Below are positions 52,964 through 63,410 of a stretch of DNA of 64,000 nt, in pieces; the first letter of the stretch is position 1, and every line of letters begins with the position of its first letter. The DNA is from an uncultured Alphaproteobacteria bacterium. Lineage in GTDB: Bacteria; Pseudomonadota; Alphaproteobacteria; Rhizobiales; Xanthobacteraceae. The stretch lies in assembly GCA_963831585.1 (NCBI GenBank), contig CAWHRA010000039.1, positions 831-64,830 of the forward strand, given 5' to 3'. The notes beneath the pieces are model-generated. The model was not told where the DNA came from. It saw nothing but the letters and a program-made list of their open reading frames with translations, and made no database searches. A program made the translations under genes and the position numbers.

Positions 52964-54111
52964 CACACGCGCTCCAGAATGCAGGTCGATGCGGCGTGGC
53001 GGACGCCGAGCAGGCCGCCGGTGCCGTGGGCAATGGCGAGATCGCAGTTCGCCACCTGCACCTTGGGATGGGCTTCGCCCCGTAGCTGCCGCACCGCTTC
53101 GATGATCTTGGTCATGCCGCCGCGGTTGACCGGATGATTGCTGCAGAGGCCGCCGCCATCGGTATTGAACGGCAGCTTGCCGACGCCGGAAATCAGATTG
53201 CCGTCGGCGACGAACTTGCCGCCCTCGCCCTTCCTGCAGAAGCCGAGGTCCTCGAGCTGCATCAGCACCGTGATCGTAAAACTGTCGTAGATCGAGGCGT
53301 ATTTGATGTCCTTCGGCGTTACGCCGGCCTCTTCGAACGCGCGCGGGCCCGACCAGACGCCGGCGGAATAGGTCAGGTTGAGATCCTTGCCGCCGCGCGG
53401 TCCCTTCAGCGCCTCGCCATGGCCGATCATCCGCACCAGCGGCTTCTTCAGGCTCTTCGCGATCGCCTCCGTGGTGACAATCAGCGCGCCGCCGCCGTCG
53501 GTGACGACGCAGCAATCCATCCGGTGCAGCGGATCGGAAATCATCGGCGAGTTGAGCACGTCCTCGACGGTGACGACCTCTTTGAGCATCGCGTGCGGAT
53601 TATATTGCGCGTGATGGGAGGCCGCGACCTTGATCCAGGCCAGCTGCTCGCTGGTGGTTCCGAACTCATGCATGTGACGCATGGCGCACATACCGTAAAC
53701 ATTGTGCGTGGTGGCGCCGTAGGCGGCCTCGAAATCGACCTCCGCGCCGGTGGCGCGCGGCGGCATCGCGCCGGTGCGCGGCTTGCCGGCGAGCGTGATC
53801 AGCGCGATCGAGCATTTGCCGGCCGCGATCGCTTCCGCGGCATGGCCGAGATGCACCAGATAGGAGCAGCCGCCGGTGTCGGTGGAATCGAAGTGCCGGA
53901 CCTTCAGGCCGAGATAGTCGACCATCGCCATCACCCCGCCGGGCGCGTCGCCGGCGCAGAAATAGCCGTCGATATCGGCCTTGGAGAGGCCGGCGTCTTC
54001 CAGCGCGCCCTTGGCGACTTCGGCATGGAGCTGCGGGGTGGATTTATCGGGTGCGTGCCGGGTTGGATGCTCGTAGATCCCGGCGAGGTAGGCCTTGCCC
54101 TTGATGGTCAA
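52963..54111 (-). CDS. thiolase-fold protein (SCP-x / non-specific lipid-transfer type)
   Basis: GGAGAA RBS and TTG start at 54111. AYLAGIYEHPTR..., GGCSYLVHLGHAAEAIAAGKCSIALI, NTDGGGLC. Paired with DUF35 as in known thiolase/aldolase-DUF35 complexes. Confidence 0.85.
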   Translation of the reverse strand: MTIKGKAYLAGIYEHPTRHAPDKSTPQLHAEVAKGALEDAGLSKADIDGYFCAGDAPGGVMAMVDYLGLKVRHFDSTDTGGCSYLVHLGHAAEAIAAGKCSIALITLAGKPRTGAMPPRATGAEVDFEAAYGATTHNVYGMCAMRHMHEFGTTSEQLAWIKVAASHHAQYNPHAMLKEVVTVEDVLNSPMISDPLHRMDCCVVTDGGGALIVTTEAIAKSLKKPLVRMIGHGEALKGPRGGKDLNLTYSAGVWSGPRAFEEAGVTPKDIKYASIYDSFTITVLMQLEDLGFCRKGEGGKFVADGNLISGVGKLPFNTDGGGLCSNHPVNRGGMTKIIEAVRQLRGEAHPKVQVANCDLAIAHGTGGLLGVRHAASTCILERV

Positions 54112-54221
54112 ATCGTTCTCCGCTGACGTTTCTTGTTCGCTGGCGGTTTTTGTGGCCTGTCGGGGCAGGCTTGGCAAGCGTCGAAATATTCCGTCAGGCG
54201 AGATGGAGGCGCGGAGTTTCA

Positions 54222-54346
54222 TCGTCGTCCCGGCGAACGCCGGGACTCATAACCACAGGTGTTCGCGGCCATATCAAGCTGGTGCTCCAGCCCTCGCAAA
54301 ACCTGGATCGGTGGTCATGGGTCCCGGCTCAAGGCCGGGACGACGA
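54222..54346. repeat. palindromic intergenic element with GTCGTCCCGGC / GCCGGGACGAC termini
   Basis: Terminal inverted repeats read directly. Occupies the gap between the oxidoreductase and thiolase genes. Confidence 0.6.
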
Positions 54347-54359
54347 TCGCGAGAGCACC

Positions 54360-57300
54360 CTACTCCGCCGCGATCTGGCGCGGCGCCGGCGGCGGGTTGG
54401 CGAGGTCAGCGGCCAGTTGCGCATAGCGCGCCTTGGCGTCCTCGATCGATTTCTCCTTGACCGGCCCGAAGCCGCGGATGCGGTCGGGCAGCGAGAGGAT
54501 CTCGATCGCGGTGTCGAGCGTCAGCGGCGACAGCACGGTCAGGATGTGGGCGACGTCCTTCTCGTAGCCGGTGATCAGGTCGCGCTCGAGCCGGCGGTGC
54601 GGCGTCTGGGCGAAGATGTCGAAGGCCGTGCCGCGCAGATGGCGCATCTTCGCCAGCAGCCGGAATACCGGCATCAGCCACGGGCCGAACGCGCGCTTCT
54701 TCGGCCGGCCCAGCGCATCCTTGCCGCCGGCCATGATCGGCGGCGCCAGGTTGAACTTGATCTTGATAGTCGCCGTCGAACTGATCGCGGAGCTGCTTTT
54801 CGAAACGGCCGTCGGTGTAAAGCCGCGCCACCTCGTACTCGTCCTTGTACGCGAGCAGTTTGGCGTAGTTGATCGCGACCGCGCGCGGCAGTTCCTCACC
54901 GAAGCCGCCATTGAGCGCAGCGTCGCGCACTTGCGCCACCAGCTTGCGGTAGCGCTCGGCGAGCTTCTCGTCCTGGTAATCCCCAAGAAACGCGCCGCGG
55001 TGGGCGATGATCTCGTCGAGCGACATCGCATCGAGGGTTTTCGGCGCCACCGTCTCGTCCTGGCCCTTCATCATGCTCAGAAGGCGCGCCGGATCGGCGG
55101 CCGCCAGACGCCCGAGCCGGAACGCCTGCGTGTTCATCTTGATCGCCACGCCGTTGACCTCGATCGCCTGCTCGATCGCGGCAGCCGACAGCGGCAACTG
55201 GCCCTTCTGATAGGCGTAACCCATCATCATCATGTTGGTGGCAATGGAGTCGCCGAGCAGCACCTCGGCGGGTTTGGTGAAATCGAAGAACGCCGAGTCC
55301 TGCCGCAGCGCCGTTTCCAGCACGTGATTGACCTTGCGGCTCTGGAAGTTGAAGTCGCGGTTGAGGATGAAATCGGCGGTCGGGATGACGTGGCTGTTGA
55401 TGACGCCGAAGGTGCGGCTTGATTCGCACAGCGTCATGGTTTCCTTGGCCGCGGCCACCACTTCGTCGGCGGCGATCACGAGATCGGCGGTGCCGGTGAC
55501 AATGCGCGAACAGGTGACGTCGGCGGTATGCTCGGAAAGCCGCACGTGGCTCAGCACCGCGCCGCCCTTTTGCGCCAGCCCCGACATGTCCAGGATCATG
55601 CTGGCCTTGCCTTCGATATGCGCGGCCATGCCGAGCAGCGCGCCGATGGTCAGCACGCCGGTGCCGCCCACGCCGCCGACGGCAACGTTGTAGGGCCGGT
55701 CCAGCGAGGGTTTTGAGCCCGGTTCCGGCAACTCGCCGATATTGCCGAGATCGGCCGGCACGCGGCGGCGCAGCTTGCCGCCGTCGACCGTGACGAAGGA
55801 CGGGCAGAATCCCTTGACGCAGGAATAATCCTTGTTGCAGGTCGACTGGTTGATGGCGCGCTTGCGGCCCATCTCGGTCTCCAGCGGCTCGACCGAGATA
55901 CAGTTCGACTGCACCGAGCAATCGCCGCAGCCTTCGCAGACCGCCGGATTGATGAGGACCCGGCGCTGCGGATCCTCCAGCGTCCCTCGCTTGCGACGGC
56001 GGCGCTTTTCGGCAGCGCAGGTCTGCACGAAGACGATGGCGGAAGCGCCCTTCACCTGGCGCAAGGTCTTCTGGACCTCGTCGAGCTGGTCGCGGTGCGC
56101 GGTCTTGGTGCCCGGCGCGATCTCGGACGCCGGGTAGGCGTCGGGATTTTCCGACACCAGGTAGATGTCGCGGATGCCTTCGGAGTGGAGCTGGAACGTG
56201 ATCTGCTGCGGCGACAGCTCGCCGTCGACATGCTGGCCGCCGGTCATCGCGGTCGCGTCGTTGTAGAGGATCTTGTAGGTGATGTTGGCCTTGGAGGCGA
56301 CCGCCTGGCGGATCGCGAGGCTTCCGGAGTGGAAATAGGTGCCGTCGCCGATATTGGCGAAGACGTGCTCTTCCTTGGTAAAAGGTGCGACGCCGACCCA
56401 GGGCACGCCCTCGCCGCCCATATGCGTGAACGTTTCGGTGCTGCGGTTCATCCACAGCGCCATGAAGTGGCAGCCGATGCCGGCGAAGGCGCGGCTGCCC
56501 TCCGGCACCTTGGTCGAGGTGTTGTGGGGACAGCCCGAGCAGAAATACGGCGTGCGGGTGATCGGCGCCACCGCCTGCATCTGGCTGGCCTGGCGGCCGT
56601 TGAACCAGTCGGCCTTGGCGCGCAGCATCGCGGCGATTTCGGGATTGAGGTTGAGCCGCAACAGCCGCTCGGTCAGCGAACTCGCCAGCGATGCGACACT
56701 GAGTTCCTCGGCGAAGGGCAGGAAGCGCTTGTCATGCTCGTCCATCTTGCCGACGATGCGCGGGCGCACGTCGTCGCGCCAGTTGAACAGTTCCTGCTTG
56801 ACCTGGTTCTCGACGATTTCACGGCGTTCCTCGATGATCATGATCTCTTCGAGACCGACCGCGAACTCGCGCACGCCTTGCGGCTCCAGCGGCCAGGGCA
56901 TGCCGATCTTGTAGAGCCGCAAGCCAATCTTGGCGGCGACTTCGGGCGTCACGCCGAGTTCGCGCAATGCCTGCCGGATGTCCTCATAGCTCTTGCCGGA
57001 GGCCATGATGCCGAAGCGCGCGTTCGGCGAGTCCATGGTGATGCGGTTGACCTTGTTGGCGCGGGCAAACGCGATCGCCGCAAAGCCCTTGTAATCCTGC
57101 AAGCGCCGGTCCTGGTCGTAGCGGTCGTCGGGCCAGCGCAGATTGAGACCGCCGGGCGGCATCTCGAAATCGGTCGGAATGATGAAGGGCTTCATCTCGT
57201 CGGAAAGATCGATCTCGGCCGTGGTCTCCACCGTCTCTGTGATCACCTTCATGCCGACCCAGCAGCCGGAATAGCGCGACATCGCGATGCCGAGCAGCCC

Positions 57301-57852
57301 CATCTCGATCATTTCGTGGATGCTGGAGGGATAGAGATAGGGCATCAGCGCGGAGATGAAGGCATGGTCCGACTGATGCGGCACGGTGGAGGATTTCGCG
57401 CCGTGGTCGTCACCGGCAAGGCACAGCACGCCGCCGTTCCTGGCCGAGCCCGCGGCATTGCCGTGGCGGAACACGTCGCCGCAGCGGTCGACGCCGGGGC
57501 CCTTGCCGTACCAGATGCCGACCACCCCGTCGTGTTTGGCGCCGGGGGAAAGGTTGAGCTGCTGCGAGCCCCAGATCGCGGTGGCCGCGAGGTCCTCGTT
57601 GACGCCCGGCTGGAATTTGACGTTGTACTGCTCGAGGTGCTTTCGGGCGGCGAAGAGCTGCTGGTCGTAACCTCCAAGCGGCGAGCCGCGATAGCCGCTG
57701 ATGAAGCCTGCGGTATTGAGCCCCGCGGCGCGATCACGCCGGATCTGGGCCATCGGCAGCCGAACCAGCGCCTGGATCCCGGTCAGGAAGACGTGGCCTG
57801 AACCCTGGGTATATTTCTGGTCGAGACTGATCGGACCCTGGTTGATTCCCAT
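54360..57852 (-). pseudogene. fused indolepyruvate/2-oxoacid:ferredoxin oxidoreductase family protein, one frameshift near the 3' end
   Basis: About 1030 aa of intact family sequence (TPP-binding, 4Fe-4S CxxCxxC PAVCEGCGDC). After ...QFDGDY the correct continuation KIKFNLAPPIMAGGKDALGRPKK... lies in the frame of track ORF 54360-55031. One extra nucleotide is apparent at about 54766-54770. Confidence 0.85.
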
Positions 57853-58158
57853 TCCGCCCTCATACGCTCTTGCACGGCCGTTCGCCGCGCCGGCTGTTTT
57901 TACCTAGCCATTCAAACCGTTACGACAAGGCTTTAAGGGCCGCGCCAAATCCACAATGGGCAGTCTATGTCGATTTTCGCGCCCCGCGCATCACAAATCT
58001 CGGCAAGGGTGTTCCGCATTCCCGAATCGCAATTTCATGCCCGAAAACGCATTCGCGCTTTTCGCTTTGTGTCGCCGTGGGCGGCGGCGGCGAAACGACC
58101 TGACGCACCCGGCCCGAGGTTTTCGCGCTATACTGTCCCCAACGGGGGAGGCAGACCG

Positions 58159-59406
58159 GTGCCGAAGCGACATTGCGCGATGCGGGCGATTCTCGAAATC
58201 GCGATTTTGTGCACTGCATTCAGCTGTGGATTCGGGCTTGGATTAGGCCTTGGCCAGGCGCAAGCAGACCCCTCGGAAGAGACCATCGCGCGCGGCAAGG
58301 CGCTCGCCATCGCCGGGGATTGCGCGAGTTGCCATACCGCCGATCCGGCCAAGCCGTTCGCCGGGGGCAAGCGCATCGACACCCCGCTCGGCGCGGTCTA
58401 TTCGCCAAATCTGACGCCGGAGCGCGAAACCGGATTGGGCTCGTGGAGCGACGAGGATTTTGTCCGCGCGTTCCGTTACGGCGTGGCGCCCGACGGCTCG
58501 CGCTACTACCCGGCATTTCCCTATCCTTATTTCACGAAACTCACCCGCCAGGATCTGCTGGCGATCCGCGCCTATCTCGCGACGCTCGCTCCCTTCCGCG
58601 CCACGCACCCCTCGCCGCAGTTGCACTGGCCGCTGAACTACCGTGTGGCGATGCGACTATGGGATTACCTGTTCTTCCGGCCCGGCATCTTCGAGCCGGA
58701 CCAGCAGAAAAGCGCGCAGTGGAACCGCGGCGGCTATCTGGTGACAGGGGTCGCGCATTGCGGCGCCTGCCACACCCCCAAGAACATTTTCGTCGCCGAC
58801 AGGCGCGCTCGCGCCTTCGGCGGCGGACCGGTCGACGGCTGGTTCGCGCCACGCCTCGACAGCGCCGCCCGGAGCGGGCTGCAATCGTGGAGCGCGGACG
58901 ACATCGTCGAATATCTCGCAAGCGGCCGCAACGGCAAGAGCCATGCCGACGGCCCGATGGCGGAAGTCGTGGTCCATGCGACATCGCAGATGAGCGAGGC
59001 CGATCTGCGCGCGATCGCGGTGTATCTGAAGGATCTGCCGGCGGGCGCAGCCGAGCCGGCGGCGTCAGCGCCGCCGGCTGCGGAGATGAGCGCGGGCAAG
59101 GCCCTCTACGACCACGCCTGCATCGCCTGCCACGAGGCCGACGGCAGCGGCGCCCCGCGGATCTATCCGCCATTGCCCGGCAACGCCAATCTGCAGTCCG
59201 CCGATCCCGCAAGCACGCTTCGCATCATCCTCGACGGCGCCCAGACGGTGACGACGCCGCGCGCGCCCAATGCCGGCTCGATGCCGGGATATGCCAAACA
59301 AATGTCGGATCAGGCGATCGCTGACGTCACCAACTACATCCGGAATTCCTGGGGCAATACGGCGCCACTGGTGACGCCGGCTGACGTCGCGAAGGCGCGC
59401 AAATAG
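58159..59406 (+). CDS. membrane-associated tri-heme cytochrome c (dehydrogenase cytochrome subunit-like)
   Basis: GGGGGAGG RBS 7 nt before the GTG at 58159 (alternative ATG at 58180). Three CxxCH motifs: CASCH, CGACH and CIACH. Confidence 0.85.
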   Translation: MPKRHCAMRAILEIAILCTAFSCGFGLGLGLGQAQADPSEETIARGKALAIAGDCASCHTADPAKPFAGGKRIDTPLGAVYSPNLTPERETGLGSWSDEDFVRAFRYGVAPDGSRYYPAFPYPYFTKLTRQDLLAIRAYLATLAPFRATHPSPQLHWPLNYRVAMRLWDYLFFRPGIFEPDQQKSAQWNRGGYLVTGVAHCGACHTPKNIFVADRRARAFGGGPVDGWFAPRLDSAARSGLQSWSADDIVEYLASGRNGKSHADGPMAEVVVHATSQMSEADLRAIAVYLKDLPAGAAEPAASAPPAAEMSAGKALYDHACIACHEADGSGAPRIYPPLPGNANLQSADPASTLRIILDGAQTVTTPRAPNAGSMPGYAKQMSDQAIADVTNYIRNSWGNTAPLVTPADVAKARK

Positions 59407-59451
59407 GAGAGCCCCGAGCCTGCCTGTTCGCGTGGGTCGCCTTGAAATCGC

Positions 59452-60093
59452 TTAGCCGCGATCCCCATTGAAGACGAATTTCGGCATTTCCCATTTGTAG
59501 CGGATTGCCAACAGTCGAAATGACAGGCCGAGGACGAAGGTCAGAGCGGTCCAGGCTTCGTGGTTCAGCTGCAGGCCGAACGCCATGGCGTAGAACAGGC
59601 CAGAGACAACGGAAACGCTGGCATAGAGTTCAGCGCGAAATAACAACGGCACATCGTTACAGAGGATGTCGCGCAGCACGCCTCCAGCGCAGCCGGTGAT
59701 CATTCCCGACACGATCACGATCGGCAACGACGCGCCTGTTTGCCATGCAACGTCGCAGCCGGCCATGGTGAACACCACAAGGCCAATCGCGTCGAGGACG
59801 AGGAACGCCAGACTAAGGCGATGCACCGCCCGGGAGATCAGGATGGTCACGAAGGCCGCGCCTGCCGTCAGCGCGAGGAGGGACGGATATTGTACCCAAA
59901 CCAGGGGATAATGCCCGAGCAGGACATCGCGGATGGTTCCGCCGCCGAGCGCGGTAATGCAGCCGAGCATGCATACTCCTACCCAGTCCATGCTACGTTT
60001 TCCGGCGGCGAGCGCCGCCGTCATCGCCTGCGCCGCGAGCGCCACCAGCGACAGCAGGTACAAGACACTATCGCTCGGAGGCAGGACCCACAT
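59452..60093 (-). CDS. trimeric intracellular cation channel (UPF0126/YadS) family protein
   Basis: Duplicated motif GGGTIRDVLL and AGGVLRDILC in a 7-transmembrane-like protein. Starts at the ATG at 60093. Confidence 0.8.
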   Translation of the reverse strand: MWVLPPSDSVLYLLSLVALAAQAMTAALAAGKRSMDWVGVCMLGCITALGGGTIRDVLLGHYPLVWVQYPSLLALTAGAAFVTILISRAVHRLSLAFLVLDAIGLVVFTMAGCDVAWQTGASLPIVIVSGMITGCAGGVLRDILCNDVPLLFRAELYASVSVVSGLFYAMAFGLQLNHEAWTALTFVLGLSFRLLAIRYKWEMPKFVFNGDRG

Positions 60094-60162
60094 CGCAACC
60101 CCATGGAAGAGATGTTGCAATCTACGTCGAGGAATCCGTCCTGAACAGAATGAAAGTGACGC

Positions 60163-60268
60163 TTGAGCGTTTTCGAGCGAAGTGGATGCCGCCTCGCGCA
60201 AGGAAAACGCGCCAAAACTGCAATCCAGAGCTTCGGTTCTGATTCAATCAGAACGGATCATGCTCCAG
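60163..60268. repeat. ~105-bp structured intergenic element, copy 2
   Basis: Aligns with the reverse complement of 43292-43398. Hairpin GTTCTGATT-ca-ATCAGAAC lies at 60236-60254. Confidence 0.7.
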
Positions 60269-60283
60269 TGCCGGTTGGATGCG

Positions 60284-61294
60284 CTAGCCCGGTCGTCCCG
60301 TTTCAGCGTCCGCGATGGCATCGAGCGCCTGCTTTCTCACATCCGACGGTGTCGCTCCGAACACACGGCGAAACATGCGGTGAAAATTCGAAACCGAGGC
60401 GAATCCGCAATGATCCGCCAGATCGATGATCGTCATCCCGGCATGAAGCGGGGAAGACAGCATCTCGTTAGCGCGTTTCAGACGGCGCTGGATGACTTCG
60501 TCGATAAAGGAAGTGTCGTTCTCGGCGAGGAGCGACTGGACATATCGTGGCGTGATGCCGAGCCGGCTTGCAAGCGCCGACAGCGAGAAGTCCGGATCGG
60601 CGAAGCGCCGATCGACCTCTCGCCGGATCGCGAGCACGCGCGCCGCGCGCAAACCCCTGCGGCTGGCGATCTCGGAGATCTCCTGCGTCGCGCCGACGGC
60701 GAGCACCGCAAGATCGGTGATGTGTTGCGCGATCACGCGCCTCAGATCGGTCAGGGTCGGCTCAAACACGGTCTGCACGATCGCCAGATATTCCATCAGG
60801 TGTCGCAGGGCCGGCGTGTTGGCCGGAATCGCCTTGGCGAAGGCGCCGTTCGGATTGGCGATCATCGGCATGAAGGATGCCCGGGGAAGCGACAATGTGA
60901 GGCCCCGACCGCGGTTGCGCAACGCGAAGGCCGAAGGATCGTTGCCCGAAAGCAGCACGGCGCTGCCGGCGCCGATGGTCGCCTCGCGGTCAAACTGGGA
61001 GATGCAGCCGGTGCCCTGGAGGACGGTGCCGAAAATGACGTTGTCCCGCGAGCGAGCCGCAAGCGCGGGTGTCATCAGATAGTTCGCGTCGGAGCGCGAA
61101 CCGATCGCAAAGCCGATATCGGCCAATTGATGGAACGTGACGTCGGCATGGAACGGAAGATCGTCCAGCGGTTCAATTTCGAATTGAGCGACGTTTCTTC
61201 CGTAGATCTCGCGCCATGCCGACAGCCTCAGCGCCTCGGGAAACGCATCCGTCGAAAGGCGCATGGGGTAGTGTGACGCTGGTGGATTGGTCAT
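60284..61294 (-). CDS. AraC-family transcriptional regulator
   Basis: C-terminal double HTH (LSALASRLGITPRYVQSLL...IIDLADHCGFASVSNFHRMFRRVFGATPSD). Confidence 0.85.
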   Translation of the reverse strand: MTNPPASHYPMRLSTDAFPEALRLSAWREIYGRNVAQFEIEPLDDLPFHADVTFHQLADIGFAIGSRSDANYLMTPALAARSRDNVIFGTVLQGTGCISQFDREATIGAGSAVLLSGNDPSAFALRNRGRGLTLSLPRASFMPMIANPNGAFAKAIPANTPALRHLMEYLAIVQTVFEPTLTDLRRVIAQHITDLAVLAVGATQEISEIASRRGLRAARVLAIRREVDRRFADPDFSLSALASRLGITPRYVQSLLAENDTSFIDEVIQRRLKRANEMLSSPLHAGMTIIDLADHCGFASVSNFHRMFRRVFGATPSDVRKQALDAIADAETGRPG

Positions 61295-61611
61295 GGTGGC
61301 CCCTTAACACGATACCATGTTGTCGCCGTGGACAGCGATATGGTTCGGGGCCGAGGGGCCTTCCCCGGATAGTTCGCAAAAGTCCATTTGAACCGCGTAA
61401 TACGCAATACGCCGAGGCGCACCGAGGCCGCACGGTCGTTGCCCAATAGGCACACTCCTCCGGCAATGCGCCGCCACGCGCGACTATCACGCAAATCGCA
61501 ACCGTCGAGTTCGGGATCGACGACGACGGTTTTCCGCACCTCTCCTAACTTCAGCAGCGTGGTTTTCATGGGGTCCACGTCTTTGCGTGGCCGATTCCGG
61601 GAGGGGCGCTG

Positions 61612-63225
61612 GTGCGTCAGATCGCTAATGCCGTGGCTTGCGCAACGGTTCTCTGCGCGGCCGGGACGTCCGGCGCATTGGCCCAACCCGCGCCGGTGGC
61701 CCCGATCTACAACTGGACGGGCTTCTACGCGGGTTTCAATGCGGGCCTCGGCGGTGGCAGCGCCACGCCGGCCTATCTGCTGTCGGCGGCGCCCGATAGT
61801 GTCTCCCACTATCCCGGCGCCATCACCAACGATTCCCAGGTCCACCGGTCTGGCGGCGGCTTCGTCGGCGCGCAGGCCGGCTACAACTATCAGTTCCGCA
61901 ACAACGTCGTGCTGGGGATCGAGAGCGATTTCCAGTGGAGCAATATCCAGGCGTCGAACCGCAGCGATACCGCGACTTCGATCAACGCCACGACCCCCTT
62001 CCCGATCAATACACTGGCCTCGGCGAACATGGCGATCAGCCAGCACTGGTTCGGCACCACGCGCCTGCGTCTGGGCTATGCCTTCGCAGATCGCTTGCTC
62101 GCCTATGTGACCGGCGGCGTGGCCTATTCGGAATTCGCGGCCAGCAATTCGGGTCTCAGCAGCGAATCGACGCCTATCGCGATCGACTACTCGCACACGA
62201 CCGGCGCGATGACTTCAACCAGGATCGGCTGGGCGGCCGGAGCCGGCGTCGAATACGCCCTCGGCAACAATCTCAGCATCAGGTCCGAATATCTGTTCTC
62301 CGAATATTCCGGCTTCACGGCCCCCTATCTCAACACCGCACTCGCCGTGCCCGCCACGACCAGCGGGACGTTTTCGACCGGTACGCTTGGAATTCACCTG
62401 GTGCGGGCGGGGTTGAACTACAAGTTCGGCGCGCCCGGCGACCTCCCGGCAGCCGGCAATTTCGCCGTGCATGCGCCTGCGTCGCCATCGTTCAACTGGA
62501 CCGGATTCTACGCCGGCATCAACGGTGGTTATGGCGCCGGCGTCGCGACACCGGCGCTCTCGGAATCGAGCCTGGTGCTGTTGTTCGGGCCTAGCCAGAA
62601 CAACACCGCCAATGTCAGCGACAGGCTCCGAACGAGCGGTTTCACCGCTGGCGGTCAACTCGGCTACAATTGGCTGCCGGCCAGCAAATTCCTGGCCGGC
62701 TTTGAAACCGATCTGCAGTGGAGCGACATCCACGCTTCGAGCCGGAGCAGTTCTTCCGGCGCCTACAATCTTCCAGCGCTCCTGACTTATTTCTCGAACT
62801 CCAGCACGAGCGTCGGTCAGAACTGGTTTGGAACCACCCGGCTACGCCTGGGCTATCTGGTGTCCGACCGTTTCCTGGCCTACGCCACCGGCGGTCTCGC
62901 CTATTCCAGTATCAGGGCCGACTATGCCGCCTCGTCGGGCGACAATGGCGGAGGATCATCGCTCACCACGACCAGCGGGGCGCGGAATTCAACGCGTATT
63001 GGCTGGACCGCCGGCGCGGGCGCCGAATATGCCATGACGGGCAATCTCAGCGTCAAAACCGAATATCTGTATTCGGAGTATTCGGGCTTCGCGATTCCCT
63101 ACCAGACGACGGCTGCAACCGGTTTTTCGTCGACCACTGCCAACGGCACTCTCTCCAGCGGCACGCTGGGCATCCACCTCGTTCGCGCCGGACTGAACCT
63201 GAAGCTGGGCGATCCGGGTCACTGA
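61612..63225 (+). CDS. outer-membrane protein made of two tandem Omp25/RopB-like beta-barrel modules
   Basis: GTG start after a GGGAGGGG RBS, then a signal peptide. The two halves are clearly homologous (NWTGFYAG..., QxWFGTTRLRLGY..., TRIGW.AGAG.EYA..., GTLGIHLVRAGLN.K.G). Confidence 0.8.
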   Translation: MRQIANAVACATVLCAAGTSGALAQPAPVAPIYNWTGFYAGFNAGLGGGSATPAYLLSAAPDSVSHYPGAITNDSQVHRSGGGFVGAQAGYNYQFRNNVVLGIESDFQWSNIQASNRSDTATSINATTPFPINTLASANMAISQHWFGTTRLRLGYAFADRLLAYVTGGVAYSEFAASNSGLSSESTPIAIDYSHTTGAMTSTRIGWAAGAGVEYALGNNLSIRSEYLFSEYSGFTAPYLNTALAVPATTSGTFSTGTLGIHLVRAGLNYKFGAPGDLPAAGNFAVHAPASPSFNWTGFYAGINGGYGAGVATPALSESSLVLLFGPSQNNTANVSDRLRTSGFTAGGQLGYNWLPASKFLAGFETDLQWSDIHASSRSSSSGAYNLPALLTYFSNSSTSVGQNWFGTTRLRLGYLVSDRFLAYATGGLAYSSIRADYAASSGDNGGGSSLTTTSGARNSTRIGWTAGAGAEYAMTGNLSVKTEYLYSEYSGFAIPYQTTAATGFSSTTANGTLSSGTLGIHLVRAGLNLKLGDPGH

Positions 63226-63410
63226 TATCTATCCGGTCTTCCCGGCACAGCCGAGCAAGAGCCGCGATCGCCCACCAGGGCCATTGGATCCCGGAGGGGC
63301 CTGCCGCCCGCCGGTTCCAGTTCCCGCGCACCTTCACATAAAGATCGTTTCAAATCAGGAACCCCGGCGCCGTCCGGCGGGTTGTCTAGAGGTAACGGAG
63401 GAACCCGATC

